From Halogeometricum borinquense DSM 11551 (GTDB lineage Archaea > Halobacteriota > Halobacteria > Halobacteriales > Haloferacaceae): a stretch of DNA of 32,000 nucleotides. This document shows, piece by piece, positions 7,719 to 15,545 of the stretch. How positions within the stretch are numbered: the first letter of the stretch is position 1; every line of letters begins with the position of its first letter. The translations under genes and the position numbers were made by a program. Location: contig NC_014729.1 in NCBI RefSeq assembly GCF_000172995.2, positions 450,001 through 482,000 on the forward strand. Direction: 5' to 3'. Below the pieces are notes generated by a model, which did no database searches, was not told the origin of the DNA, and saw only the letters and a list, made by a program, of their open reading frames with translations.

Positions 7719-7797
7719 CGCGTGTCGTGGAACGGCGTGACGCGGCGGCGGTGAATCGAAACGCCTAAAGACGAATCAGGACAACAAACGTATGCGT

Positions 7798-7869
7798 GCC
7801 TGGGTAGCTTAGCGGTAAAGCGCGTCCTTGGTAAGGACGAGACCCCGGATTCAAATTCCGGCCTAGGCT
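7798..7869 (+). tRNA. tRNA-Thr (anticodon GGU)
   Basis: GCCTGGGTAGCTTAGCGGTAAAGCGCGTCCTTGGTAAGGACGAGACCCCGGATTCAAATTCCGGCCTAGGCT folds as a 72-nt cloverleaf. The acceptor stem has one G:U pair, the anticodon stem is CGTCC/GGACG with loop TTGGTAA, and the T arm is CCGGA-TTCAAAT-TCCGG. A CTAAAGA TATA-like element lies about 30 nt upstream. Confidence 0.9.
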
Positions 7870-7968
7870 CTTCTGACGAACCTAACATCTGAGCGGCGCG
7901 TCTCGTCACGCCGAGTGATGAACAACAACCGCTCTCACGATTCCTAAACGCCGCCGAAACCCACACAC

Positions 7969-8598
7969 CTACCGAAAGTCTTCCACGAACCGGTCGGGAA
8001 TCCGGTCAACCAGATGCTCGGGCATCGCGTCCACGACCGTTTGCGCGGCGACGACCATTGGTTTGCGAACCAGCACGTAGACGGCGGAGATGCCCAGCGC
8101 GGCGTACACACCTAACTGGATTGTGCCGTCGTAGGCGTACAGCGTGGGGACGGCGAACATCGCGGCGGCGAACAAGTCCTCGGGCGCGCCGTCATAGCGA
8201 ATCCACCGGCGCGGCCGAATCCACCGGTTGTGGTAGTGGCTGTAGACGGCGCGGTCGGACGTGCCGAGCCACGGCTTCAACTCCAGACCGCCGCCGAAGG
8301 CGTCCATCACGGAGTGGAGCGCCGCGGCGGCGAGGAACAGCGCCACCGAGAGGGTGAGCGTCGATGGCGAGAGGGCGGCCGCAACGAGTGCGGGTACGGC
8401 GAGACCGCTGAAGTACACCGGGAAGTGGAGCGTCTTTCGGTGCCCCGCGTAGAGGTCGAAGTCGGGGAATAACCCGCCGAGGGCGGCCGCGGCGAGTACT
8501 GGTACCGGCGTCGTCGCGGCGGCGCTCTCGGGGAACACCACGGCGACGACGACGGCGAGCACAACCCCTGCGAGGGCGTGCGTAGTTGCCATCATCAC
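7969..8598 (-). CDS. Membrane-bound metal-dependent hydrolase (YdjM/DUF457-like)
   Basis: 209-aa polytopic ORF with His-containing motifs (THALAG, HRKTLHFP, LHSVMDAFGGG). The start is GTG at 8598, or ATG at 8595 or 8592. Confidence 0.75.
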   Translation of the reverse strand: MMMATTHALAGVVLAVVVAVVFPESAAATTPVPVLAAAALGGLFPDFDLYAGHRKTLHFPVYFSGLAVPALVAAALSPSTLTLSVALFLAAAALHSVMDAFGGGLELKPWLGTSDRAVYSHYHNRWIRPRRWIRYDGAPEDLFAAAMFAVPTLYAYDGTIQLGVYAALGISAVYVLVRKPMVVAAQTVVDAMPEHLVDRIPDRFVEDFR

Positions 8599-8690
8599 CC
8601 TGTCCTATGTCAAACAACGGAAAAACAGTTACGCGTCTTATGCTAGCACACGTACGGAGGTTTATCGCCCGTCCGCCCCGAGTACCGTGT

Positions 8691-9326
8691 ATGCAGTGGC
8701 GACGCCCACCTGATGCGGGGTCGCTAGCCGCGGGCGGAATGCGGCTAGCGATTGCGGGCATCCTCGGTTTCGGTATCGCTAAGTTGAACGCGAGTATCAC
8801 CATCAACGCCGCTGCCGCACTCGCCGTCACCTATCTCCCGGCGCTGTTGAGTCGTGACTGGGGGATTCGACTCTCGCCGTCGCTTACGCTGTGGGTGACG
8901 ACTGCCGTCCTTCTCCACGCCGTGGGGATGGTCGGGCCTTACAGCGAGGTCTGGTGGTACGACCACGTCACGCACACGCTTTCTGCGATGCTCGTCGCGG
9001 CAGTTGGATACGCGACAGCCCGGGCTGTGGACAAGTACAGCGATTCTGTGTTCCTCCCGCCACGATTCATGTTCGTCTATATTCTCACGTTCACGCTAGC
9101 GTTCGGCGTTCTCTGGGAGGTGTTGGAGTTTTTCGCCCGACTCTCTGCGGAGTTCTTCGGTATCGAGGCGGTTCTCGTCCAGTACGGTCTCCACGATACC
9201 ATCGTAGACTTGATGTTCGACACTGTCGGTGCGGCCATCGTCGCCCTATTCGGGACCGAGACGCTGTCCGACCTCGTGGACACGCTTCACGAACGATTAG
9301 AGGAAGCCCGCCCGGAACGTCGATAG
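8691..9326 (+). CDS. Polytopic membrane protein of unknown function
   Basis: This uses the internal ATG of track ORF 8586..9326. It has several hydrophobic helices plus the motifs WWYDHVTHTLSA and WEVLEFF. The start codon is uncertain. Confidence 0.7.
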   Translation: MQWRRPPDAGSLAAGGMRLAIAGILGFGIAKLNASITINAAAALAVTYLPALLSRDWGIRLSPSLTLWVTTAVLLHAVGMVGPYSEVWWYDHVTHTLSAMLVAAVGYATARAVDKYSDSVFLPPRFMFVYILTFTLAFGVLWEVLEFFARLSAEFFGIEAVLVQYGLHDTIVDLMFDTVGAAIVALFGTETLSDLVDTLHERLEEARPERR

Positions 9327-9398
9327 CCCTTCCGCGAAGACACCTCTCACCGCGGATGCGACTATAGTTTTAATCCGTCGGCCATCCACGTGTTGGGC

Positions 9399-10058
9399 AT
9401 GAAGGTTGTTATCGTGGGTTATGGTCGAGTCGGTGCGCGAACGGCTCTCGTCCTCCGCGAGGAGGGTCACGAAGTAACGGTCGTAGACAACGACGAGCAG
9501 AAGGTCGAGCGCATCGAAAAAGAGGGATTCGAGGTGGTCGAAGGCGACGGGAGCAACGAGACTGTGCTTCGTCGGGCCGGCATCGAGGATGCCGACGCAA
9601 TCGGCGGATTGACCGGCGACCCCAACGTGAACTTTGCGGCGTGCATGATCGGCAAGGAGTTCGGTTGCCGAGCGGTCATGCGTGTAAGCGAGGACTACCG
9701 GAAGGAGATTTACGAACGCTACGCGGACGACGTAGACGAGGTCATCTATCCCGAGCGTCTCGGTGCGGCAGGTGCGAAGACTGCCCTTCTCGGCGGTAAC
9801 TTCAACGCCATCGGTGAGTTGGCGGAAGGACTCCGTATTTCGAGAGTTGTCATTCCCGAAGACGCGCCTGTCGTCGGACAGAAAGTCTCGGATATCGACC
9901 TCGATTCCGTCGGTCGAATCTACGCCCACGGCCGGAAGCGAGAGCCGATGACTATCCCGCTTCCGGGGACGAAAGTGGAGGCTGGCGACCAGTTGGCACT
10001 CCTCACGGAGAAGGATGGACTTGATGCCGTTCGGCGGACGCTTCTCGGGGAAGACTGA
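9399..10058 (+). CDS. trkA: TrkA-type RCK protein (TrkA-N NAD-binding domain plus TrkA-C domain)
   Basis: MKVVIVGYGRVGARTALVLREEGHEVTVVDND is a Rossmann GxGxxG motif, and a TrkA-C-like segment follows at the C-terminus. An AT-rich actatagttttaat lies 23-38 nt upstream. Confidence 0.9.
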   Translation: MKVVIVGYGRVGARTALVLREEGHEVTVVDNDEQKVERIEKEGFEVVEGDGSNETVLRRAGIEDADAIGGLTGDPNVNFAACMIGKEFGCRAVMRVSEDYRKEIYERYADDVDEVIYPERLGAAGAKTALLGGNFNAIGELAEGLRISRVVIPEDAPVVGQKVSDIDLDSVGRIYAHGRKREPMTIPLPGTKVEAGDQLALLTEKDGLDAVRRTLLGED

Positions 10059-10074
10059 ACTGTCGAACTGAGAG

Positions 10075-10311
10075 CCGGCCGAACTAGTCGGTTGTACCTG
10101 TCCGTAGCTGAAGGGGAACGCGCAAACGGTGGGGCGTCGCGGGGGACGACGCCGACACCAACCGCCGGGGTGCCAGACGGCGGTGGGTGTGCCGGGCGCG
10201 CGGGTGGGAGGATGGGAACTGAGGCCGTCAGTCAGCGCGCCCACAGAATTGGTACTCGTCGCGTCACTTAAATCCGTGTCAGACAGGCGGGTGACTAGGC
10301 GCTGACGCCGG
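10075..10311. ncRNA. Candidate structured RNA or structured UTR; family unknown
   Basis: No credible ORF covers this GC-rich stretch. An outer helix forms from ccggc/gccgg (10075-10079 with 10307-10311), ctagtc/gactag (10084-10089 with 10293-10298) and cctgtc/gacagg (10097-10102 with 10281-10286). It encloses three hairpins: 10133-10139 with 10147-10153, 10155-10166 with 10179-10190, and 10194-10201 with 10235-10242. Confidence 0.3.
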
Positions 10312-10347
10312 AAAACTACATGTTTTCGCCGGATAAACTCACGCTCG

Positions 10348-11208
10348 ATGATTGGAATTGGGCCGCCACTCGTGACGCCGTTCACTGCCGACGGACTGAT
10401 TGATGAGACCGCACTTCGTGACCTCGTTTCGTGGGTCGAATCTCGCGGTGTCGATTTTCTCGTTCCGTGTGGGTCGAACAGTGAAGCCGAACTCATGACT
10501 GCCGAAGGGCGCGCCCGAGTCATCGAAGTCGTCGCAGCGGAGGCAAGCGTCCCGGTCCTCGCCGGAACCGGGAGTCCGGGCTACGAGGAGACGCGTCAGG
10601 CGACTGCCGCCGCCGCGGACGCCGGGGCCGACGCCGCTCTCGTCGTCACGCCGTTTTACTACCCGCACGACGATACGGCGCTCGAAGCCTACTACCGTGA
10701 TCTGGCGGATGAGGCCGAGATACCGATCTATCTCTACAGCGTGCCCGCCTTCACGGACGTGAAGCTCTCCGTCTCTGTCGTAGAAGCATTGGCTACCCAT
10801 CCGAACATTGCGGGGATGAAAGATTCCAGCGGCGACATCGAGACGTTCGTCCGCGAACGGAGGCTGACAGCCGACGCTGACTTCGACCTGCTTGTCGGCT
10901 CCGGCAGTATGCTTTCGCACGCTCTCGACATCGGTGCGGACGGCGGCGTCCTCGCCCTTGCCAACGTCGCACCGGAAGCGACTACAGCCATCTACGATGC
11001 ACACCGCGAGGGCGATGTGACGGCCGCAAGAGAGCGTAATGAAGCACTCGTCGAACTCAATCGCGCCGTGACTACCACGCACGGTATCCCCGGTCTCAAA
11101 GCGGCTATGCGCGCTCGTGGCGCACCAGTGGGACACGTCCGTCGTCCGCACCAACCGGTTTCAGACGACACCCGAGAAGAACTCGAACGCCTCGTCGCCT
11201 CGCTTTGA
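10348..11208 (+). CDS. Dihydrodipicolinate synthase family lyase (DapA/KDG-aldolase-like)
   Basis: 286-aa ORF: PPLVTPFTADGLIDETALRDLVSWVESRGVDFLVPCGSNSEAELMT...IPIYLYSVPAFT...AGMKDSSGD. The last motif contains the Schiff-base lysine. Confidence 0.9.
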   Translation: MIGIGPPLVTPFTADGLIDETALRDLVSWVESRGVDFLVPCGSNSEAELMTAEGRARVIEVVAAEASVPVLAGTGSPGYEETRQATAAAADAGADAALVVTPFYYPHDDTALEAYYRDLADEAEIPIYLYSVPAFTDVKLSVSVVEALATHPNIAGMKDSSGDIETFVRERRLTADADFDLLVGSGSMLSHALDIGADGGVLALANVAPEATTAIYDAHREGDVTAARERNEALVELNRAVTTTHGIPGLKAAMRARGAPVGHVRRPHQPVSDDTREELERLVASL

Positions 11209-11210
11209 AG

Positions 11211-11918
11211 CTACTGCGGTTCGACGGCCGTTGACGTCGCTCTCGTCGCCGTCGCTTTCCACGACGCGACGACCGACGTTCCGGGTTCGAGCGACAGTCG
11301 GCGGACGCTCTCGACAGTGACAAACGCGCGAAGCGGCGTCGAGAGTCCAACGTTCACCGAGACGGTGGCGACTGCATCACCGCGCTTGACGCCTTCGACC
11401 GTCCCGCTGAGTCGATTTCGAGCGCTCGTGGCGCTCTCGGCGGGCGTGTCCGACGGGTCGTGAAGCGTCACAGCGTCAGCACGGACGCTCACCGTCACTG
11501 CCTTTTCTACCGTCCGTACGGATTCCGTGGCGACGGCGCGAATAGTTCCCGCATCGGTTTCGACCGAACAGAGTTCACCTTCGACGTGCGTTACGATTCC
11601 CGAAAGAACGGTCTCCGGAACGCCGGCAGTCCCCGAGAGCGTAGCTTGCAATCGATCGAACCGGCCGAGAACGTCTCGTGCGGCGGCGGTTAGTTCGCTC
11701 CCGCCGCCGTCGGATCCGCCGCGTCGCCGTTCGACGAGCGGGCCGAGGGCGTCTTCCAGTTCGCGGAGACGGGCAAGACACCGGGCACGCGACCGGCCGA
11801 GCGATTCGGCGGCACCGCTCACTGACCCCGTTTCGGCGATAGTGGCAAGGAGACGCGCATCTGACCTATCAAAGGAGACGCCGTCGGCGTCGAGGTGCGC
11901 GTCGAACGCATCCTCCAT
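11211..11918 (-). CDS. ModE-like molybdate/tungstate-responsive regulator (N-terminal HTH plus two TOBE/Mop domains)
   Basis: MEDAFDAHL...LLATIAETGSVSGAAESLGRSRARCLARLRELEDALGPLVERRRGG forms the HTH. Two TOBE-like repeats follow (LSGIVTHVEG...VSVRADAVTLH and RLSGTVEGVKRG...VASWKATA). The track ORF starts at 11945; I prefer the ATG at 11918. Confidence 0.8.
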   Translation of the reverse strand: MEDAFDAHLDADGVSFDRSDARLLATIAETGSVSGAAESLGRSRARCLARLRELEDALGPLVERRRGGSDGGGSELTAAARDVLGRFDRLQATLSGTAGVPETVLSGIVTHVEGELCSVETDAGTIRAVATESVRTVEKAVTVSVRADAVTLHDPSDTPAESATSARNRLSGTVEGVKRGDAVATVSVNVGLSTPLRAFVTVESVRRLSLEPGTSVVASWKATATRATSTAVEPQ

Positions 11919-11981
11919 ACTCACTCCCACGCAGTCGAACACCAAAAGTGAGTAGACGAATTTCCAGTCACCGAGAGCAAG

Positions 11982-12809
11982 TTAGTAGACGAGTTCGCCC
12001 TCGACGAACTTTCGGGTCCGTCGGTCCGACGGTTCCTCGAACACCTGCCCCGTCGGACCGCACTCGATAATCTCGCCGCCGAGCAGGACGGCCGTCCGGT
12101 CGGAGACACGTTGTGCCTGTTGCATGTCGTGGGTGGCGAGGCAAACCCCCATCCCCCGGTCTCTCGCGTCACAGATCGCCTTCTCGACGATGGCCGTATT
12201 TCGCGGATCGAGGTTCGAGGTTGGTTCATCGAACAGCAGCACGTCCGGTTCCGGAGCGAGCGCGCGTGCGATTGCAACTCGTTGGGCCTCGCCGCCGGAC
12301 AGCGACGCCGCATGTCGGTCTTGCTTGTCTACCATCCCGACAGTCTCCAGCGCATCAACGGCCGCCAGTGGTGTCTCTGCGGTTCCGAGAAATCCACGGA
12401 TAGCGGCCCGAATCCGCTCGTTCCATGTAGCGCGGACACGCAGGCCGTAGGCGGCGTTCGACGCGACGGTGGCCGAGAACAGGCATCGATGTTGTAGTAC
12501 CATCCCGAGACGCCGACGGACGTGCAGTCGTTCCTCTTCGGACATCTCCCCAACGTTTCGGCCGTTCGCAGTAACGACGCCCTCGGCGGGCGATTCGAGG
12601 CAGGCCAATAGGCGAAGTAGTGTCGTCTTTCCGCTGCCTGACGGGCCGACAACGGCCAGCACCTCGCCGGGTTCGACCGCGAGGCTCACGTCCGAAAACA
12701 CCGTCTCTCCGTCGAAGCCGTGAGTGACGCCGTGTGCAGCGAGTCGAAGTCCGCCGGTCGAGTCGTCCTCGCTCGTCCGACCGTCCACGACGCCAGTCAT
12801 CTCGCTCAT
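11982..12809 (-). CDS. ABC transporter ATP-binding protein (tungstate/molybdate-type, TupC-like)
   Basis: It carries Walker A (GPSGSGKTT), the ABC signature (LSGGEAQRVAIARAL) and Walker B (LLFDEPTSNLD). Its start overlaps the permease stop by 4 nt. Confidence 0.9.
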   Translation of the reverse strand: MSEMTGVVDGRTSEDDSTGGLRLAAHGVTHGFDGETVFSDVSLAVEPGEVLAVVGPSGSGKTTLLRLLACLESPAEGVVTANGRNVGEMSEEERLHVRRRLGMVLQHRCLFSATVASNAAYGLRVRATWNERIRAAIRGFLGTAETPLAAVDALETVGMVDKQDRHAASLSGGEAQRVAIARALAPEPDVLLFDEPTSNLDPRNTAIVEKAICDARDRGMGVCLATHDMQQAQRVSDRTAVLLGGEIIECGPTGQVFEEPSDRRTRKFVEGELVY

Positions 12810-13555
12810 CGGTTCTCACCGCCTCCCAGTGACGTTCCGACAGTACCGGACTTCGCTGTCCGCCGTCCCGGTGTTCTCCCGCGGAGGTGCGACCCGAGAG
12901 CGTTCACGCCGAGGACGAGAGCGAGGAGTATCGCACCCAGTGCTAACCCCGTTTCGACGTTTCCCTTCCGCGCTTCGACGGTAATCGCCGTCGTGAGCGT
13001 CCGCGTGTAGGAGGTCTGGTCTGCGGGGAAGACGATGTTCCCACCGACGATGAGGACGGACCCGACTTCACTGATCGCGCGGCCGTATCCCGCCAGAATC
13101 GCCGTGACGATTCCGTAGCGGGCTTCACGCAGGACGGCCAGACCGACGTCGGTGGTCGTCCCGCCCGCTCCGTACGCCGCCTCACGCAAGTCGTCGCCGA
13201 CGGATTCGACGGCGGACAACGAGACACTGAGGACGACGGGTGTGGCGAGTATCGTCTGCGCGAGAATCATGGCCTGCGGGGTGAACAGGAGTTCGAAGTC
13301 GCCGAGCGGTCCCGAGTTCGAGAGCGCGAGGAGGACGACGAGACCGATGACGACGCTCGGAAAGCCCATGCCGGTGGAGATGATCGATGTCAGGACGGAC
13401 TTGCCCCGGAAGTCGCTGAACGCGACAGTGACGGCGATAGGAAGACTCAGGGCGGTGCTGATGACGACGGCGGCGGTACTCACGTACAGCGAAACGAGCG
13501 TGATGCTGACGAGATACTGCATATTCAGCGCGTCAAGCAAGCCGCCGAGTGGCAC
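12806..13555 (-). CDS. ABC transporter permease (TupB-like)
   Basis: 249-aa polytopic ORF with an EAA-like loop (DDLREAAYGAGGTTTDVGLAVLREARYG). It overlaps the downstream ATPase gene, which suggests translational coupling. Confidence 0.9.
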   Translation of the reverse strand: MPLGGLLDALNMQYLVSITLVSLYVSTAAVVISTALSLPIAVTVAFSDFRGKSVLTSIISTGMGFPSVVIGLVVLLALSNSGPLGDFELLFTPQAMILAQTILATPVVLSVSLSAVESVGDDLREAAYGAGGTTTDVGLAVLREARYGIVTAILAGYGRAISEVGSVLIVGGNIVFPADQTSYTRTLTTAITVEARKGNVETGLALGAILLALVLGVNALGSHLRGRTPGRRTAKSGTVGTSLGGGENR

Positions 13556-13658
13556 GAGTGTGCCTCTGCCCCCGTCCGACTAAAAGTCCTCGGGGACGAA
13601 CGCTCCGAGTCCGTCCCGGACCGTCACACTTCTTTTCTGCGCTCTGCTATGCTCACTC

Positions 13659-13760
13659 ATGGAGACATGGGATGCGCTGTTCGACCGGGCAGGGTCGTAC
13701 GAGGGAGACGAGGCGATGATTCGGGAGGCGCTTCGGTCACGCCGCGAGGACGATGACTGA
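13659..13760 (+). CDS. Candidate micro-protein of 33 aa
   Basis: METWDALFDRAGSYEGDEAMIREALRSRREDDD. Its TGA (13758-13760) overlaps the ATG (13753) of the next gene. Third positions are mostly G/C. It is too short to appear in the ORF track. Confidence 0.35.
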   Translation: METWDALFDRAGSYEGDEAMIREALRSRREDDD

Positions 13761-14223
13761 GCCGAGCCCCGCACGCGTCGTCGCTGACGCGGACGTTCTC
13801 GCGGCGGATCTGTTGGTCGGCGGCGACGCCCGCGACGCGCTTGATCACCTTCGGGCGCACTCGTGGACGACGCTCGTCGCCAGCGACGCCCTCTTGGACG
13901 ACGCCGAGAGCGTCATCGCCGAACTCACAGACCCCGAACTCGCGGCCGACTGGCGAGCGCGCGTTGAGGTGTGGTGCGAACTCGTTACGCACCCTGAAGG
14001 GGACCACCCTGCACTCGGGTCGGCCTACCGCGGCGATGCGATGCACGTCCTCTCGTTTGACGAGCGACTCACCTCTGCCCGCGCGGCGACGACGCTCAGC
14101 GACCGCTTCCCGGTAAGCGTCAGAGAACCCAAAGCGTTCGCGTCGCTGTTCAACGCCGAGAGCCTCTACGAAGAAGTCGTCGGCGGCGACTACGACGGTC
14201 CGGACCGCGACCCGAGGGAGTAA
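13753..14223 (+). CDS. Conserved hypothetical protein, PIN-like fold suspected
   Basis: 156-aa acidic ORF. The N-terminal VVADADVLAADL, the central ASDALLDDAES and the later GDAMHVLSFDERL resemble the spaced acidic residues of PIN domains. This rests on motifs only. Confidence 0.65.
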   Translation: MTEPSPARVVADADVLAADLLVGGDARDALDHLRAHSWTTLVASDALLDDAESVIAELTDPELAADWRARVEVWCELVTHPEGDHPALGSAYRGDAMHVLSFDERLTSARAATTLSDRFPVSVREPKAFASLFNAESLYEEVVGGDYDGPDRDPRE

Positions 14224-14310
14224 CGTTCAGCGTCTTCCCGTTCGCTCGCGATACTCGCTCACGGGACCACCGATGGACGAGCGAAGCGAGTCCATCGAGG
14301 TTTGCCTCGC

Positions 14311-14946
14311 TCACTCCGTTCGCTCGGCAAACCACTCCCCAAACTTCGCCAACGCCCGCCCGCGGTGTGAAATCGCGTTCTTCTCCTCACTGCTCATCTC
14401 TGCGAACGTCGTCCCCTCGTGTTCGAAGATGGGATCGTAACCGAATCCACCCTCGCCGCGCGGCGGGACGATCCGCCCCCGAACGGTGCCTCTGAACAGT
14501 TTCACTGGGAGTGCTTCCGTCTCCTCGTCGTCCTGCTCGGCACCCCGCGCGGCGGCGACTGTCCTGTCGTCGCGGTCCACCGGGTCCGGCGTCGCCTCGA
14601 ATCCCTCGCCGTCGCAGTACGCCAGAACGCAGTCGAACGACGCACGTCGCGGCTCTTCGAGTTCGCTTTCGGCCAGTCGGTACACCGTCTCGACCCCGAG
14701 CGTATCCTCAACGAACGAGGAGTACGGACCAGGGAACCCCTCGAAGCCGTCGATGAACAGTCCGGCGTCGTCAACCAGAACCGGTTCCCCCGCGTGACGG
14801 TACGCCTCTCGCGCGCCGTGAGCGGCGATGGGGCCGAGGTCAGATGCCTGTACTTCGGTGTAGTCGTAATCCAGTTGCTCGACATCGGCGAGGTACTGAA
14901 GCGCCTCTCTGACCTTTCCAGCGTTCGTCGTGACGTAGTGAAGCAT
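14311..14946 (-). CDS. rdgB: Non-canonical purine NTP pyrophosphatase (RdgB/HAM1 family)
   Basis: MLHYVTTNAGKVRE...PVLVDDAGLFIDGFEGFPGPYSSFV...FGYDPIFEHEGTTFAEMSSEEKNAISHRGRAL. Confidence 0.9.
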   Translation of the reverse strand: MLHYVTTNAGKVREALQYLADVEQLDYDYTEVQASDLGPIAAHGAREAYRHAGEPVLVDDAGLFIDGFEGFPGPYSSFVEDTLGVETVYRLAESELEEPRRASFDCVLAYCDGEGFEATPDPVDRDDRTVAAARGAEQDDEETEALPVKLFRGTVRGRIVPPRGEGGFGYDPIFEHEGTTFAEMSSEEKNAISHRGRALAKFGEWFAERTE

Positions 14947-15085
14947 CTATTCGTCCATCGCGGTGGTGCCGAGAAAGAGGCGTCGGTGTCGTCGTCACGT
15001 CTGCCGCGTCCGCAGGCCATCGCACACGCGCCGCTGTACGGTTGGTGAGACGGCAATAAGCGAAGAGTCGTAGACGTGAGACCGT

Positions 15086-15364
15086 TTAATCGACGATGAC
15101 TTCGACGGGACCCTCGTCCTCGTCTTCGTCTTCGAGGTCCGTGCTGGAGGAACTACGCTCCTGCCAGAGCAGTGCGCCAGCGACGAGGACGACCACCCAC
15201 GACCGCCAGTTTGCGAGGTTCAGCGTGTAGCCGATACCGAACGGCTTCTTCACGAGCATCTTCTCGCCCGGTTTCCAGTACGAAGAGAGCATCCGACCGA
15301 GAGACGGGCGCTCGAAGTTGTACGGCACACCGAGAATCTCGCCTTTCTGAGGCTTGTCTGCCAT
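15086..15364 (-). CDS. Small membrane protein (DUF5808-like)
   Basis: This uses the internal ATG of track ORF 15086..15379. It translates to MADKPQKGEILGVPYNFERPSLGRMLSSYWKPGEKMLVKKPFGIGYTLNLANWRSWVVVLVAGALLW, followed by an acidic tail. Confidence 0.7.
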   Translation of the reverse strand: MADKPQKGEILGVPYNFERPSLGRMLSSYWKPGEKMLVKKPFGIGYTLNLANWRSWVVVLVAGALLWQERSSSSTDLEDEDEDEGPVEVIVD

Positions 15365-15431
15365 GACGGGAAGATACACCCGCGCTGGATAAATCGTTTT
15401 GGTGTCGATGCGCTGACGAGGGTCGAACTGG

Positions 15432-15523
15432 ACACCCTTCGAGAGTCAAACAGGACGCCCTTCGAGAGGCAAATCCAACGCCCTTCGAGAGGCAAATCCG
15501 ACGACTTCGTGGCGCAGAAAACA
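15432..15523. repeat. 23-nt tandem repeat: two near-identical units, one diverged unit and one degenerate unit
   Basis: The units are acacccttcgagagtcaaacagg (15432-15454), acgcccttcgagaggcaaatcca (15455-15477), acgcccttcgagaggcaaatccg (15478-15500) and the degenerate acgacttcgtggcgcagaaaaca (15501-15523). They are intergenic, between the kae1-bud32 stop and the start of the next gene. Confidence 0.85.
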
Positions 15524-15545
15524 TTCACCGATGTTTGCGGATTGA

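Noticed and set aside
10059-10347. Identification of the structured spacer as SRP (7S) RNA, RNase P RNA or a lysine riboswitch
   Set aside because: The helix-8 core of SRP RNA as I recall it (…CCAGGCCCGGAAGGGAGCA…) is absent on both strands. The RNase P CR-I GGAAAGUCC core is absent, and only an ACAGAA-like fragment is present. Resemblances to L-box elements (CUGAAGGGG, GUGUCA) are too short to count. The family is left open.
9297-10523. A 408-aa reverse-strand ORF spanning trkA, the structured spacer and the dapA-like gene start
   Set aside because: It is a shadow ORF typical of high-GC DNA. Its Arg/Ser/Pro/Thr-rich translation has no domain-like stretches, and it is antisense to two well-supported genes.
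14271-14326. A hairpin cgatggac-N11-gtccatcg and a ctcgctcactccgttcgctc motif, which resemble the ctcacttcgttcg / ctcgcttcgctcg motifs around tRNA-Gly and might form a dispersed repeat family
   Set aside because: The matches are short and imperfect. One copy lies inside the rdgB coding end (…AERTE*), so chance plus codon bias cannot be excluded. The hairpin is adequately explained as a bidirectional terminator between convergent genes.
15432-15523. The tandem 23-nt units as a mini-CRISPR array
   Set aside because: The units are contiguous with no spacers, they are shorter than known CRISPR repeats, and no cas genes or leader are present.
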